Origin: Bugula neritina
Lineage: Eukaryota > Animalia > Bryozoa
Direction of reading: 5' to 3'
Assembly: GCA_964035545.1 (NCBI GenBank)
Contig: OZ037768.1
Coordinates: forward strand, 12,595,675 to 12,659,674
Length of the DNA: 64,000 nt
Positions 1 to 14,330 of the stretch are shown one piece after another; within the stretch, counting starts at the first letter, position 1, and the number at the start of each line of letters is the position of its first letter. Below the pieces are notes generated by a model. The model was not told where the DNA came from. It saw nothing but the letters and a program-made list of their open reading frames with translations, and searched no databases. A program made the translations under genes and the position numbers.

Positions 1-272
1 ATTAAAACAAACTCAATAGAACTGAGTAATGTTTAGCAACAGTTTTAACTGCAACAATTCTTCCAAGTTAATTATCATTACCTTTTCAATTTGAGGAAAA
101 AAAACTGATTGTATATAACAAATTTACAAAATGTCTTTCATAAACCGCTTTTGAACTACATACAGCCAAAGAATGAGTAACATGCTCATTGCATTTCTTG
201 TCAATGTGATATTTAGAAAAAATAGATCAACTTGCTTCACATATAGTTGGGTACATTATATACTGAACGTAC

Positions 273-3200
273 TTGGTGACTCCAGAGTTTTTACTTTTCA
301 TTGAATTGTCAGAGTGTAAATCCTCCTGAGAATGAAGTGTGCTGTGGGCCCTCTTACAAGGTTTTCTCTTTTTCAGAGTAAAAACACTCTTGCATTTGAG
401 GCCTAAAATGAATAGAATAAACTACTAGTATGGGTGTGTGTTGGTGTTTGTGGGTGTGTGCATGTTCGTATGTGCTTGCGTGTAAGTCGCTGCGTGTTCG
501 TAAAGAACTGATATATATTTACATACATTGATGGCTAAATTATTGCTTGGAACTCACTAGGCCTCTAACAATAAAGTAAAATTAGCTATGGGTTTTACCA
601 TTATGCAAAACCATAAATTAGTAATATTCGATTCGAAAAATTCTTAACAATTTAATTCTGCAAATAATTGCCAGTATGAAACAAAGTAATTGGTGAGTTA
701 ATAATCAGATCCTTACCAGCAGAGGCGATGCTACGTAAAGCCCGCCTGATTTTTGCTGTTCGAGGTTTTGTCTCAACGCTCTGCATAACAGACACCTACA
801 TGGAAATTATTGCATTGCTATTGTACAATCACATTTAAATATGTTTTCATAGATTGACACTTCAATAGGCGTTTATAATATATAGAATAATGATATAATG
901 CACTCCAAATACACTAATTCAATATTCATAATGCTGTGACCAATTCATTAAGTGAAGAGTGCCTAACTAAAAAACCAGTTACAATAAAATGTCTTAAATA
1001 AACAGAATAATTGAAAATTTAACATTCTTTTGGCTGTTACACTGATTCACACAAAATTAACGACTTGTATATCTCAATGCTTAGCGAAACATGACCAATT
1101 TCTAGTAAGTTACTCCAAATATTTTAAAGCTCCATCTAATCTCAGTCAGCATCCGTAAATTTCATTGATGTTATATTTACTTGTTAGCTGACTCAATAAA
1201 TCAATAATTGACCAAAAACAGAACTGACATGCATTGGGAAAACGCTTATATCAAAACGAGTAAAATGATACGCGTTCAGCTCGTGACTTAGAAATAGACT
1301 GTGATCCAGATAAACACTAGACAGAGCCAGATTGATTACTAGCTTCCTCACATGTGCAATCAGCTTGTGAGACAAAGTTTAGAAATGGTTTGATCAACTC
1401 ATTGACTAATGGCCCAGAAGATGTTGTAGCAATCTTTTGCTGACACAAATTTAAATGTCAGACTAAGTCAATGTGAACACAAAATTAGCACACAATCAAA
1501 TATGTTTAGTCCAATATAAATTGCAATATTGAATACTACAATGTTATGATGCTAATCTCAAACAGTAGATGATTTTATAACAGATAATGTAAGGGCAATG
1601 TCTACTTCTGCTTCATGTTTTGACAAAGATTTTACAATATTTACCTGACCACTATGTCTCTCAGCTTTAGAAGTTGTAGGGAGACTAGCACCATACTTCA
1701 AGAGAATCTCTGCTGTGAGAGCATGGTTCTTTTGCCTGCACAGGTGCATTGGGGTTAATCCGTCCTAAAATATACCATAGCAGTAGCAACTCAATCAAAT
1801 ATTCAATATTCAATACTCAATATTCAAATAATATTTAATAAGAAAAGCTTTCAATTTTATGTTTTCCACTTCATGATAAGGGTCATAGTTCATGATAATA
1901 ATCAGTTGGTATAACAGTTGCAGTTGTAACATTAGTGGCACAGTTTGTGTTGTCACATTATTTTGGTAACTTGGAGTTGATTTTCTTAGATTTGTAGCTT
2001 CTCTTTTTACGAGCTGATTTAAAATAAAAGTTAATTTCCTCTTTGACAGATTCAGGACCTTGATTTAAATCATTTATAAATAAAAACTAATCAACTATTA
2101 ATCACTTATAAAATATATATCTGCTGAATAAAAATGTTGAGATAGTATGCTGCCGCACTGGCAGTTGATCACAAAAAGTAACTGTAACATCGCTAGCTGT
2201 TCGGAAAATATAAACTTACTTTGGCATAACAGTTGGGACTAGCACCATTTTCCAACAGCATCGATACAATATCACTGAGTCCATCCCTAGCCGAAAAATG
2301 TAGGGCGGTGTACCCATCTTCCGACTCTGCGCTTACTCTTGCGCCATACTCAATCAGAGCACAGACCGTATCCATGTCTCCTTTTTTCACAGCATAATGT
2401 AGAGGCGTGTAGCCATTCTGTAAACACAATTACTAGTAGCCATTTAGTAGACTTTATGAATCATCAGAGATTAGAATAAAGAATATAATTAACAAGATGT
2501 AAGCACTCTTACTAACATTATGATGAGGGTTTCTAGATTCAAGAAAATATAACAATTCTTTTTATAGGTTATGTAGTTCAACAGTAAGCAGAACATGAAC
2601 ATTGCCATTTACAATGTAGGTAATTTTTAATCATAAAAAGTAATGACGCTAATATACATCTATCAAATGGACTCAAAAATGTTCATAATTTTGCGGAGCT
2701 ATCTCAAGTTTAGCAGAATAACTCTCACCTTAGCCCTGCTGTCAGGGGAGACACAATATTTCTCCAGCAGAAGTAAAACTATTGCAGCTTGACCATGCTG
2801 AGCAGCTAGGTGCAGAGCTGTATGTCCATCATCATTTTTGAGTTCAGGCTTTGCGCCTTTTTTTAGTAACATTCTAGTTACTGCCTGTTGATTGTTTTCA
2901 ATGCTGACATGGAGAGGCGTCAATCCATTCTACAAGCACCAGCATGCACTGTGCCTAGATGTAACTCAAAATAATTTAGGAGTAAATTCTGCAACAATTG
3001 AAAGTAAATTTTGGTAGACTGGTCTTTACCAGTCTGAACCAACATACACAGCAAACGGTTGTTCTCAGGTGGAGGAACTGAATACACTAAATTGTTACCT
3101 TAGTCATGGAATCAAATAGTTTTGAATGCTTTGGAAGTGAAGTGATAACTCGTTCAATTCCTCGTTTTGCTGCTACATGCAGCAGGGAATAGTTATCTCT

Positions 3201-6200
3201 AGCCTCAGCATTCACATCAAATTCATGCTGCAACAGAAACAGTACAATATCTACACTACTCACTACTTTAACTCTTGTTGTTACATAATAAACAAACATT
3301 ATTTGTATAGCTATACAGGTTTCTCAAAGCAGTGATGAAACAGAAAAGTAAAACACCATTTCTAAAATAGTCAACCAGGAACTCCAAGTCCATTCAACTT
3401 GAAACTACATGTAAAAGTGAAAGTCATTGCAGTGTAGTGCTACAGTTACTCCCAACTCTTCAAGTTTAGAATGTGCTTACTGAAGATGGGTTTTCATTGT
3501 CTAGAGAAGAGGGTGTATGTAGTTGACTACTACTGATCTCACTGTAATCAATAGATAGTTCCTCACTGTCAACCTCTATTTCAGATTCACTAGCTCGGCA
3601 ACATACTAAAAGTGACAATACTGTCATGTATAAACTCAGATATATTCATTTTACAATCTGATTGAAGGAACTCTATGGGATTTGAATACCACTTCAAAAT
3701 ATCAAATACACCATTAGTCGATTATTTAACTTTATGCCTAGATCTTTATTAAATTTACTGTAACCTTTCGCCCAAAACAAAATAGTGGTCAAAAAATACT
3801 ACTGTACCTGTGGTTCATCTTCATCTAATGGGACTATATTTACAAGATTGATGGGGACTTTTACTGTGTGCTAACACTTGAATGACAATATTTAAACTTC
3901 TGCCAGATTGGCTATGATGATGGCAAGATGATATGGCCAAATTGCAAAGTAGTAATACAGGCAGCTTTAATTAGCCAAGCTGAAAAGGATATGACAAACA
4001 TTCATATGATGCAGTTACTCTTAGAGTGTACATTCATGTAACTCAAGAATATATTCATATTGGAACCAAACCAGCTAAACCCAGTCCCAAGTGACTAACA
4101 TATATATGTGACCTGGCACCACAAAACAAGGGATGTATATAAAATGTTGAAAACTTAGTTATTATTATGAATTGATAGAGCAGACTTTTTTGAACATTTT
4201 GCACTTTATTCGAAGTCTCTAGCATAAATAGAACTCGAGATATCAGTATTTAAAAACTTCAACGTTTTTAGAATTTCTAACTTACTGTTTCGAGAAAATC
4301 GCGTTTAAAGTTGGCAACTCTAGAATAAGTTGAGAATTGTTTGTTTACAATTTACAAGCCTTAGCAACGGGTCTTTGTATAATAGGAATAGTGACAAATT
4401 TGGTATCAAAATAATTGTGAAAGTTTGGGCTTTCTGTTAAACTAAATTTCATGCTGCCTCAACATAAAATTAGGTCAAATATGGCTGCCAAACTTTTTGT
4501 CTAATTTATTTGTCAATTTGCTTTTTACTTTGTTCAATGGTTGAAAGGTTTAACAATTCCAGCAAAGAAGAGAATGTTTTAGCAAGTTTGTGTGTTGAGA
4601 TATTTAAATTAGGCATCCAAGTCAGCAGGAAGTCATATAAAACAAAATGGCAGCTGCTTCCTCTTATACATTGAATATCTCCCTTTCCTCTAATATATTG
4701 TGTAATACATCAAACTGCAGCTATTGAGCTGTGCTGTTTCATAATTATTGCTTAATGAGTAGAACACTTACGAGAAAATTATTTTACTATTATGAGATCA
4801 TGCGAGATTTATTCATAAATATCTTTATAATCTCTAACGGCAAAGTTCTAAATTTAGCAATTGATTTGGCTGAGATGTTGAAAATATAAACATAAAATCA
4901 GCTAACAGAACTTTTGAGTTTTATTAGGCATTAATATTCACATTTAAAACATCAAATACATTATTTTAAAAAACCAATTAAATGCAGTAAAAAATCCAGC
5001 CTGGATACAACCATTATGCTTGAATTAACTCTTATCAAGAAAAGAAAATAAGGTCGCTTTTATGGTTTTTGCAAAAAAGGCACTTTTCATCTTTCTACTT
5101 CCTTGGTCTTCATAATATGAGTTTACGGAGTATGGACACATAACATCATGTATGTGGCAAAAGCTTCATCACTATCATCAGCTGATTTTCTAGCAATTAT
5201 AGATGCTGCTACTTGACATCCATCCTGCCAATCTACCCACTTATTGTCTATTCCAGAGCTGAAAGTACAATGTTGACTTTTTTTAGATAACAAAAGGAAA
5301 CCGTAGCTTGATTAGAAATTATACCCAGTTATATTATAAAAATTTAGTTGGCTAAACACTCTTGTGGTACTATTATGGCAGCAGTTAATTGTGATCCTGC
5401 ATTTTATCAACGTTTAAATTTATTGAATTAAACAGAACAATTTAAATTAAAAATTGTTGATAATTTTCAAGCACATTAAAAGACTGCAAACCTTTTTATG
5501 AATGAAATAAGCAGAAGCCATAACCTTGCATGCCAAAATTCAGTGTGTCTACATTAGAAGTATTAGATTGATAGGTAGTAGAGTTGTGTAGGTATAAGTC
5601 TTCACTCTAATGCCCTCGCAAGTCCACTTTCTAAAATGTACAGAATATCGGATTATTCTATATTAACATAGTATTATCAGTAAAATTACACATTATACAC
5701 TTGAATATCTAGCATATCTGCAATTGGCAATTTTGAAGCAATGTCTTTCGATAACTATTAACCACTCAGGCATTTAATTGAGTAAAAAAGCTAGCTAAGT
5801 TCAACTGAATCTATTAAAGACATTTACTATAAAATCAATTTGAATTCAATAAATTACTTTAAAATATGAATAAATTTTTGCTCATCTTATAATAAAATTA
5901 AAAAGTTTAGACTATTTATGCATTCAGTTAGTGTTACTAAAAGTAACTTACTGAAAAACTAAGTCAGTCAACTATAGAATCATCATGAACTCGCATTAAT
6001 ATTTCATCATTATACTCATTTACATTTAGTCACATTTATCATTTCAATTTGGTTATAGGTGATGCTTTTATCAATATGAATATAAATATGATTATCAATT
6101 GAGTTTTGACAGTAACTGTAAGCCTGCATAATGTGATAAAGATTTTATCATTATATTTTAAATCAAACTTTGAGCTAATTTAAAAATCACAAAAGAAACC

Positions 6201-7810
6201 GGTAGTTCGACTAGTATGCCTAATGTTAATAGTAATAGTAATCAGTAACCGTATTGACAAAATCTAAGACAGAGGCTAAAAGTTACTAAGAGTAAGTCCA
6301 ATGTAAATTGAAAAATCAACTATAGAATAAATCAATAAATATAATACTATCACTATCAGTATGAGTATCAAGTTTTAAGAGCAAAGGCGAAACTCAGAGT
6401 CAGACTCAAATAGTGAATTTATAATTATTAATTACTTATACTATTAATATTAATGAGCTACATTTGGTTTTACTACCAAATACCAGTATCAGTAAATCAT
6501 GAATGGTATTCATTATGATTATCATTATGAGTAACCGTACCTCAAACTGTGAGTCATAGTGAGAGTCATTTAAATAGTTACTAGTATAGAAATAGAATAG
6601 AATAGACTAACTCTAAGACATACTCCTACTCCTAGTCCTAGTGATGGTATAAATATTAATAAATTGATAACTACAAATAATCTTGGCAACAATTTTAAGT
6701 TAGTAGCGTAAATGATTGTTTTGAGTATAATTACCTGTATTGTTGTGATTTTCAAGCTTGAGCGCTAAAGATAAAGATTAAGTTCAGCATTTATCACCAA
6801 AAGGGCAAAACAGCTCAGTAACTTCAAAGCTAACCTTGGATGGAACACGATGAAAAACTAAAACTAGCCTTCGATCTTAAATACGATGCTTCTGACAATA
6901 CGAAGAAAGAGGTGTAAGCTAAATTTATTCGATAAATAGAAAATTTGCAAGATCTCACGCTATGAAAATGACTAAAATTGTCTTCTTTCTTTAATTGATA
7001 ACTTCGCAATTTTTTCATCATTTAAAAAATTGAAAGCCTTAGTTACCAACTTTAAATGCAATTTTAGAGCTGAAGAAATCATCAAATGCCTACGAAAGTA
7101 TGATTTTTGAAATCCTTGGATTTTTTTGTATTAGAAAAGTTCAAAATCTAAAAATTGGAAATTAATTTCAAATTTAAGTATTTCCAAATTAAACCTTCAT
7201 TTACTACACTTTATAAACGCCGCCACATCCCCGGTTTTGTCGCGACTGGTCACATATAGTGTTAGACAAGTTTGCAAATTATTTAGCTTTTCATGTAAAA
7301 CTTACCCAAATTGGTGATTGAGGCCCTAAAGCTTCTGAATAATTCTAATATCATTTTCGCAGTATAAGCATATTAACATTCAACATAATATTAAAACAAT
7401 AATGCTTTCAATAGAAATGTAGACTAATAATTATGATGTAAGCAGTTTTTGTTGTGGGTAGTATTATGATTGTGATGTCATACAACAATGGTATCTCAAT
7501 TTAAATTTAGCAAATATTTAAATTTACTATTACATTAACTTCAATATCCTATTATTAGGACTTATAAGCAACAATTGCAGGTTCTCCATATTTTATAAAT
7601 TGGTACACAGTTGGCATTTAATTTAATCCATAATAACAAATTATTGAAATTCATATAAATTTGGTACCTGCAGGACAATTGGATTCAAGTGAATGAATTT
7701 TTGAATAACTTTTTTACTGCAGGTTTTTAAAAACCTAATATAAGAACAATTGAGAAAGCAGTACTATGTTCAGCATGTTTTCCTATTACTTTACTTATCT
7801 GTTGGAGCAT
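273..7810 (-). CDS. Ankyrin-repeat/ZU5 'mini-ankyrin' gene, copy A (3' ZU5 exons lie left of the window)
   Basis: GT-AG exons with compatible phases: 7810-7795, 7344-7306, 3605-3481, 3227-3099, 2929-2729, 2417-2220, 1764-1645, 795-717, 402-273. ANK motifs NGLTPLH, DGHTALH, NGYTPLH, DGYTALH, DGLTPMHLC. No stops. The first two micro-exons are tentative. Confidence 0.8.
4105..7256. mobile_element. Non-autonomous TIR DNA transposon (~3.15 kb, unclassified) in an intron of copy A
   Basis: Imperfect ~30 bp TIRs (atgtgacctggcaccacaaaacaagggatgt / acatccccggttttgtcgcgactggtcacat) and a TA or ATAT target duplication. Empty site in copy C at ~47240. No long ORF. Confidence 0.88.
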
Positions 7811-9567
7811 GTGAGGCCGTCTGCAACTTGAGTAAATTATAACAGTGCTAAATTTTCAATGGTAAATGTAATTATAAACGAACTAAGATCATGGTCTCAT
7901 TAAAATTCTATTGTAATATAACATACATAATATGTGAAAACTGACCAGAGTTAGGGAACAACCTGTGAGAGAGAATTATCTTCTCTCTACTATATTGACT
8001 GCCCTTATGAATCTCAAATGAAATGGAATTCTATAAACCAACTTCAAACTTATGTCAGACTGCACTGGCTAGTCAGAAAGATACTTTATAATATTTCAGT
8101 TGCTTTATTAGAATTGGAAGCCATTAATGTACCCCATGTAGTGCAGAGAAACTGTTACTCCTTGCTTTACTGTTTTTAAATGAAAACCTGAAAAGTCAGT
8201 CATTTTATATTGGTTTTCAGATTCACAGTCCGATGTGAATAGAACTATTCTCAAATACGTTTTTAACAAGAAGACAGTATCAATAACCAATACAGGAATA
8301 TATATAAGGAGTGAAGGGAGACATAACATGCTATTAGTAATTTAAGTTTATCACTAATGGTCCACCTTTTCATGTTCTTCAACAATCCAAAAATTAGGCT
8401 GCTTGACTATTACCAACATGTCACATGACTAATTTTGAAACTGATTTGCTTACTCTATACTACTAGAAGTAGTATAGAGTAAGCTATATATTAGTCTTGA
8501 AAGGTATATACTATATATGATGAACTGTTTTTACTCGTCAATATAAAGCAAATAGTATGGAATATTCACTCTTATAAGGTAGAAAATATACAATAGCTGC
8601 TACTACAGAGTCACCAGTACTGTATGATGGATAACATTATCAATAATTCTACAATAACAAATGTATGAATGAAATCATGGTAATGTACATAACCAACCGG
8701 TGTTATTAGGTCAAAAGAACTGCCCAATCAGCTGTTTTTTCACATCTCACTTTGCAAACAAATAACTAAATGCGTCTGCTGCAAGAACTACCTCTTTTCC
8801 CACATCAATTAATTTCTTGTAACGAAAGATAAAAGAAGCGAGGAGACAACTTCAGATGAATAAATATTATTCAAAACAGTAGAATATTGTATAATGATTA
8901 CTAGTTGCTTATGAGATATCATAACCAGTTATATAAACCAAGGCTTAGGGAATAAACTGAAAGATAAGAAATGAGTTTGGCAGGATAAACATACCTGACA
9001 AAAAGGTTAAGTTGAATTGGACAATAATGGAAGCAGAGAAAAGCTGAACTAGTTCTTGTGTGTGATGTCACAGTAATTGAATTGACAAATTTAATTGGTC
9101 AAAACAGTGTTATCCTATGCTATCACTTTGACAGTTTTTTCAACATTTCCACATAGTCTTGCTTTGGCAAGTGTTTGAATTTTGGGAATCGGGAAGTTCT
9201 GAAGTTGTCCCTACCTCATATAATATAACAGACAAGTCTGAAGCATGGACTGCATTAGCTTACAAAATGTCATAGGAGGGACATAACTCCTATTATATAC
9301 ATAATACCTGTTCAGTTTAGTTGGTAGAATAGAACCTTCTTCTCATCAGATCTGGGTACAATCAACATGTCTTTATACACATGGAGATCAAATGAACTAC
9401 TATCACTCTTAACAGTTGCCTCTTCTAGCATAGACATCTGTCTACCTACATTATAACAGGTTTAATATAGCCTAAATATAATATATATCCAGAAATTGAA
9501 GGAAAACATACACGCGCCGACAAATTGTTTTAATATATTTTAGTCTAGTGCTAACCACACTATATTC

Positions 9568-9690
9568 CAGGGTTGGGGTGAAATTAGTATTTTGTAATTG
9601 TAATTGGTTGTAATTATTCACATTTTTTCCAATAATTGAATGTAATTAATAATTGATGTGTAAAAATGTATATGTAATAACAATATCAGG
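9568..9690. mobile_element. Truncated MITE end (also at ~29680-29800 and ~52863-52985)
   Basis: cagggttggggtgaaattag...gtaattgtaattg terminus resembles the GTAATT-rich element at 56410-56980. Only one end is present. Confidence 0.5.
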
Positions 9691-9951
9691 AAACTCAAGC
9701 AAAAAATTTGGCCCTACATTCTCTTCCATTCGCCCATAAAAGCATTTCACAATAACGTGAATTTATAGCAATTGGAAAAGTTGAGAAAAAAAACAGTCAT
9801 CAACTGATTTAACAAAGAGTTATGGGAAGGAATTACCTCATCGTGTTTTCTACAAAATAGTTCACTGCACACAGTGCAGTAGGTCACTGCTGGTACTTTC
9901 TCTATCCCTTTCTTTGTGCAGATGGCACATGTCACACAGTTGTCCTCTACA

Positions 9952-10263
9952 AACAGCAGCAGGTCACAGGAGAAACTGTTATCAGGAGGTGGCACTATGG
10001 AATGAACTGCCAATCCCTTTACGGTCAATTAGCAACCCTAATGAATTTGGGAGGAAGTTGAGGCTTTATCTGTTAGAATAGTTGTATTTTTTTGTATTTT
10101 TCTGGATAGAGTCGCTGTCAGCTCGTGTTGGCCCGCGCATGACTAGCTAGGCTATAGCGCAATGGGCCTCATCATCGCCTCCTTGGCATTTTCTAATGTC
10201 CTTGTGTTATTAAATACCTTTGATGAAATAAACCAAACAAACAAACAAACAAACAAACAAACA
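9952..10263 (+). mobile_element. 5'-truncated CR1/L2-type LINE 3' end
   Basis: Absent from copies B and C. Encodes ...EVALWNELPIPLRSISNPNEFGRKLRLYLLE*, the typical WNxLP...FKxxL end of CR1/L2 ORF2, then a 3'UTR and an (AAAC)n tail. Short ACA duplication at the ends. Confidence 0.82.
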
Positions 10264-10689
10264 TCAGCAGAAGTCAGGCTTTCTATACTAATGTCAAATA
10301 CTTCCCTGAAGAACAACACATAGGCTGAATAAAACTTCTGAAATGACTATTCTGAATACATTAGCCTACAATAGAGTGGCACTAGATACCTTTTTATAAT
10401 TGTTAGAAATATAAATATTGCTTAAATTTACTTAGCATGGATTCGATTTGTTTTATAATGACTATGCAATGTTTTGTTACTAGCTAAAATATATAATCTA
10501 ATGTAAATGTGTTTCCAGCTGTCAATGTGCAGCACATGCTACCCAAGAATCACTATGCAAAAGTGTGAGTTCGTTTTAGATTACACATTTAGTTTTACCT
10601 GACTGCTAATTATATTTTTAAACAATAAAGAAAATCACAATTTTCGAAAAATAAATTGCTTACAAATAAATGGTAGAATTAAATTTAAA

Positions 10690-11060
10690 GCTTAGTTGGT
10701 TAGTGGTAATTATAATATTAATACTAATAGCAATACCATTACTATTATTACTAGTAGTATTACTAATAGTAATACTAATGTTAGTAGTAGTAGCAGCAAC
10801 ATTAACAGTAACAGTAAGTGTAACACTAACACTAACAGTGGCACTAGTATACTAACAGTACTACTAGCACTACTACTTGTAGTAGTACTAGTAGTATTAC
10901 TATTATATTAGTATTACTATTAGTATTAGCAGTAACAGGAGTAGTAGTAGTAGTAGTAGCAGTAGTACTACCGTATCAGTACTAGAGACTGAGGGTCAGA
11001 CTGAGAGTAGACTGTAGTCGTAGAGTTAGAGTGTAACTGTAGAGTTGGACTTGGAGTACT
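10690..11060. repeat. Cryptic (AGT/ACT/TAA)n trinucleotide low-complexity tract (also 30495-30960 and 53680-54140)
   Basis: Degenerate tagtag/ctacta/taatag repeats whose length varies between copies. It produces spurious L/V-rich and S/N/T-rich ORFs. Confidence 0.85.
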
Positions 11061-11237
11061 CTTAGATGACGACATAGTTTTAGTCTAGTAGAAAACTAAT
11101 TACTAAGCAGTAACTTACCAGCTATACATACTTATAGAGATAGCAATTACATTTACTGTATCGATATAACTACGCAAGGGTTGCAGAATTGCTTACAGTC
11201 ACTATATTTATTTAATAATCAGTTTGACTTGAAAGCA

Positions 11238-11790
11238 AAAATTAACGTTTATGTTTGCACGTGCTGGAAAGCTCTTTGTGTTTGTTGAGGGAGGATAACT
11301 CCGGTTGCTTCGAAATTACATGAATTATTTTTCATAGCTACATAAGTTACAACTATTGGATAAATTTGAGTACGATTAACAAATTTTTAAAATATTCTAT
11401 TTTAGGCTGAATTTTGTGTTGTTTTCTTTTAGATTCCAGATATGTTTGCTGAGTTATGTTGGCTTTGTCTGTATGTGAATGCTTATACAAAGACTTAATA
11501 TACCAAGCAACTGTGACAAGACATGACAATGACTCCAGCCAATCATCGCTATGAGAAATATGTAATTTTGAAACAATTGGAGTTATCCTCCCTTAGCAAG
11601 CGCAAAAAAGCTTTCCAGCATGTGCAAAGATAATTTTTGCTTGCGCATTTAACAGACGCTAGCTAAGATATCCAAGCGTAGAAATACATAAACAATGTAA
11701 ATTTCTAAACAAAATCACTCAACCATACACCACAACGACCTGATAAGCATAGCTTGCATTACGTGAAACAAATTTATAGTGGATAAAATG
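11238..11790. mobile_element. Long-TIR MITE/foldback element, left end truncated (also ~31142-31680 and ~54326-54860)
   Basis: tttgcacgtgctggaaagctc...gagggaggataactcc (11253-11302) is inverted as ggagttatcctccctt...agctttccagcatgtgcaaa (11579-11628). The rest of the right arm is the reverse complement of 15400-15545. Confidence 0.7.
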
Positions 11791-13563
11791 AATATATTAT
11801 AAGTTTATCATATATAGTATCAGTACAAAAAAAATATGTATATTTGCACTTGCATTAACTTTGCTTTATATTTCACTCAACCTTTTGCTTACCAAATTTA
11901 TATTATAAGTTTTTACCATGTATTAATCTAATTCAACTGAGATATTATGTCTCTTAGAAATACTATATTAGTAGAATGTACTCGATTATCAGATAATACC
12001 ACCTCAGGCTATCTATAGTCACTAAACACCTCTGCCAACAAATCCACTATAATGCAACTCCTTGTATCACTGTTAGGTCATTAAACAACCAGTCATTAAG
12101 TTTTAGGCAAATTTTCTACTCCTGTATTTTCATATATACAGGCTTTATAGGAAAAAAGCCATTATTTTAGGCACATATTGTCACTCACTTTTTCTCTTCT
12201 CACATGTTTAATACTCAATAAAGCATATTACAATAATACTAAATTTACTAATATAACACCAGATTCTTTACATTCAAAGAAAACAAATCAACACCTATTG
12301 TGTGAGATTGTTATGCTGGTACAGGGGGTGGTAGCAGTGATCCCTTTTTTTGTTCAACTTCTGTTTTTTGGCAGAATGAACATGATTTACATTCCTCCTC
12401 TAGAAGGTTTCAATAGAGACTGTTAAGTACAACGAACATATCTTTCTAATGCAGCTGGCAGCTACAATCAGTTGTGCATAACTTTAGTAGACATTTTCCA
12501 GCTACATTTAATTGAGATTATTGTTATTAATAAATGTTACTCTGGTTATGTTTAAAATCCAATGTAATTATAACAGGTGCTTAAGCACACTGTATGCTAA
12601 TATTATAATTACATTGCTATGAATATATCGCAATTAAATAGATTGTCATTACATATTAAACACAACAACTTTATAATTGTATTCCTTGGAGCAATAACTC
12701 CTAAAAATACTTCACAATTACCTATGTATATAAATACTGAGTGGTGCCATCACACTTAGAGAATCATAACTAATTTATCAAATCAAGATTTGCCAAGCAG
12801 ATATCTTTTGATAATTATAATAACTCTGCTACACAAACTGAAAAATTTATTTTCATCAGTTTAGAAAGCACAAACTATTTATTTTCAATTATTGGTTTTG
12901 TTGTAAAATTAGACTGACATTTTCAATTTCAGACATTTTTGTCACTATAATAGCTGTTTTAGAATTTTCTATAATCATACTTATCCATAACTGGTGTTTG
13001 GTATTGAATATAATTAGCGTGCTTCACTGCATGTACTCATTAACAATACATGCAAAAGTCAATTATGTAGAAATGTCAATGAGCAGGAAAGGTTGATTTG
13101 GTGTACATTTACTTATTGAACAAAAAACAGTTCATCCATAAATATTGTAAAGCGGAAAAGAAACGCTATGCTGCTGTATAAATCAATAGATAACCAGATG
13201 TATACAACTTTACAGCAAGTGATTTCAATAGACAATTAACATCATCTTAGAATAGCTAAGGTTAGCTATTGTATCTTAAAAACAGGAATAAAATTATCGT
13301 TGTTTGCTAAAATGCTGCTGAGTAAATTGCTTTACAACATTAAATTGCAAATATTTCTACAAAGTCAAATGTGTTTCCCATATCAAAGCAAACCCAAAAG
13401 TAAATGAAGTTGAACTTGGACAATGCAAACGTAAAGACATGCAAATTTTGTCAATTTATCAAAAGTTCTAAGTCAGATTAATGGTTCTAGCAATCAGCCT
13501 AATGAAAAATAATGTTGTGTTTTCAATGTAATATAAGTTGAAGAGTATATTATATTCATTTAG

Positions 13564-14330
13564 GCTTGAAGTACAAGAGTGTTTTCACACTGAAAAAGAA
13601 AAAGACCATTCCGGCTGTTTACAGCACAACTGATTGTCAGAAGAATGTCAACTTTGACAATTTATATAGAAACAAAAATCCTGGAATTACTAAGTATAAG
13701 TTTAGTATTTGACTTCTCAGGCCCTCCATTAGAATGGAGTAACACCAGTGCATCTAAGTATGGAAAAAGATCACATCTCTGTAGAAGAGATCCTGCTAAA
13801 GTATGGTGCTAATCTTTTCTCAACTTCCAGAGCCGGTTGTTCTTCAGCTGACAGACATAGTGGTCTGGTAAATAATTATTGTAAAATCTTTGTCAAAAAT
13901 TGAAGCAGAAGTTTGGTTAATATACCACTGCTATAGTACATTTCAGGATGGAATAACCCCAATGCACCTGTGCATGCAGAAAAACCATGCTCTCATAACA
14001 GAGATCCTGTTGAAGTATGGTGCTAGTCTATCCTCAACTGCCAGAACCGACTTTTCTTCAGCTGACAGACATAGTGGTCAACTTAATATAGTCAACTTTC
14101 TTTAAAAACATGAAGCAGAAGGAGATTTAGCCCTTACATTATCTGTTATAAAGTCATCATGGTACATTTTAGGATGGATTAACCCCAATGCACCTGTGCA
14201 TGCAGAAAAACCATGTTCTCATAGCAGAGATCCTGTTGAAGTATGGAGCTAGTCTTTCCTCAACTGCCAGAATGGGTTGTTCTTCAGCTGACAGACATAG
14301 TGGTCAACTTAATATGATCAACTGTTATCT
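13564..14330 (+). pseudogene. Inverted, rearranged ankyrin exons: linker exon 13564-13693 plus three tandem copies of the GxTPMHLC exon
   Basis: 130 nt exon GLKYKSVFTLKKKK...PGITK (diverged homologue of 402-273), then ~215-226 bp tandem units starting at 13733, 13947 and 14173 (NGVTPVHL, DGITPMHLC, DGLTPMHLC). Exon order is scrambled and there is an in-frame stop at 14103-14105. Confidence 0.75.

Larger units (their letters stand above)
9312..10305 (-). pseudogene. Relic B-box (TRIM-like) gene, copy A: B-box exon 10305-9837 (LINE-interrupted) plus terminal exon 9445-9312
   Basis: CxxC..CxxC....CxxH (CAICTKKGIEKVPAVTYCTVCSELFCRKHDE) followed by a GT donor. The downstream exon reads GRQMSML...LHVYKDMLIVPRSDEKKVLFYQLN*. 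The B-box exon is split by a 312 bp insertion. Confidence 0.65.

Noticed and set aside
1193-1375. ORF repeated in all three units (also 24514 and 44305), and the similar repeated ORFs at 17123/40392, 17382/40618 and 21675/41442
   Set aside because: Recurrence is explained by recent duplication. No motif, mostly non-ATG starts and no splice-phase fit.
3806-3865. Candidate extra exon VPINLVNIVPLDEDEPQ
   Set aside because: Length and donor site are not conserved in copies B and C, and the phase does not fit the next exon.
10670-10911. Hydrophobic L/V-rich 'membrane peptide' ORFs (also 30472-30713 and 53681-53890)
   Set aside because: They arise from trinucleotide low-complexity DNA with copy-specific indels and are open in several frames.
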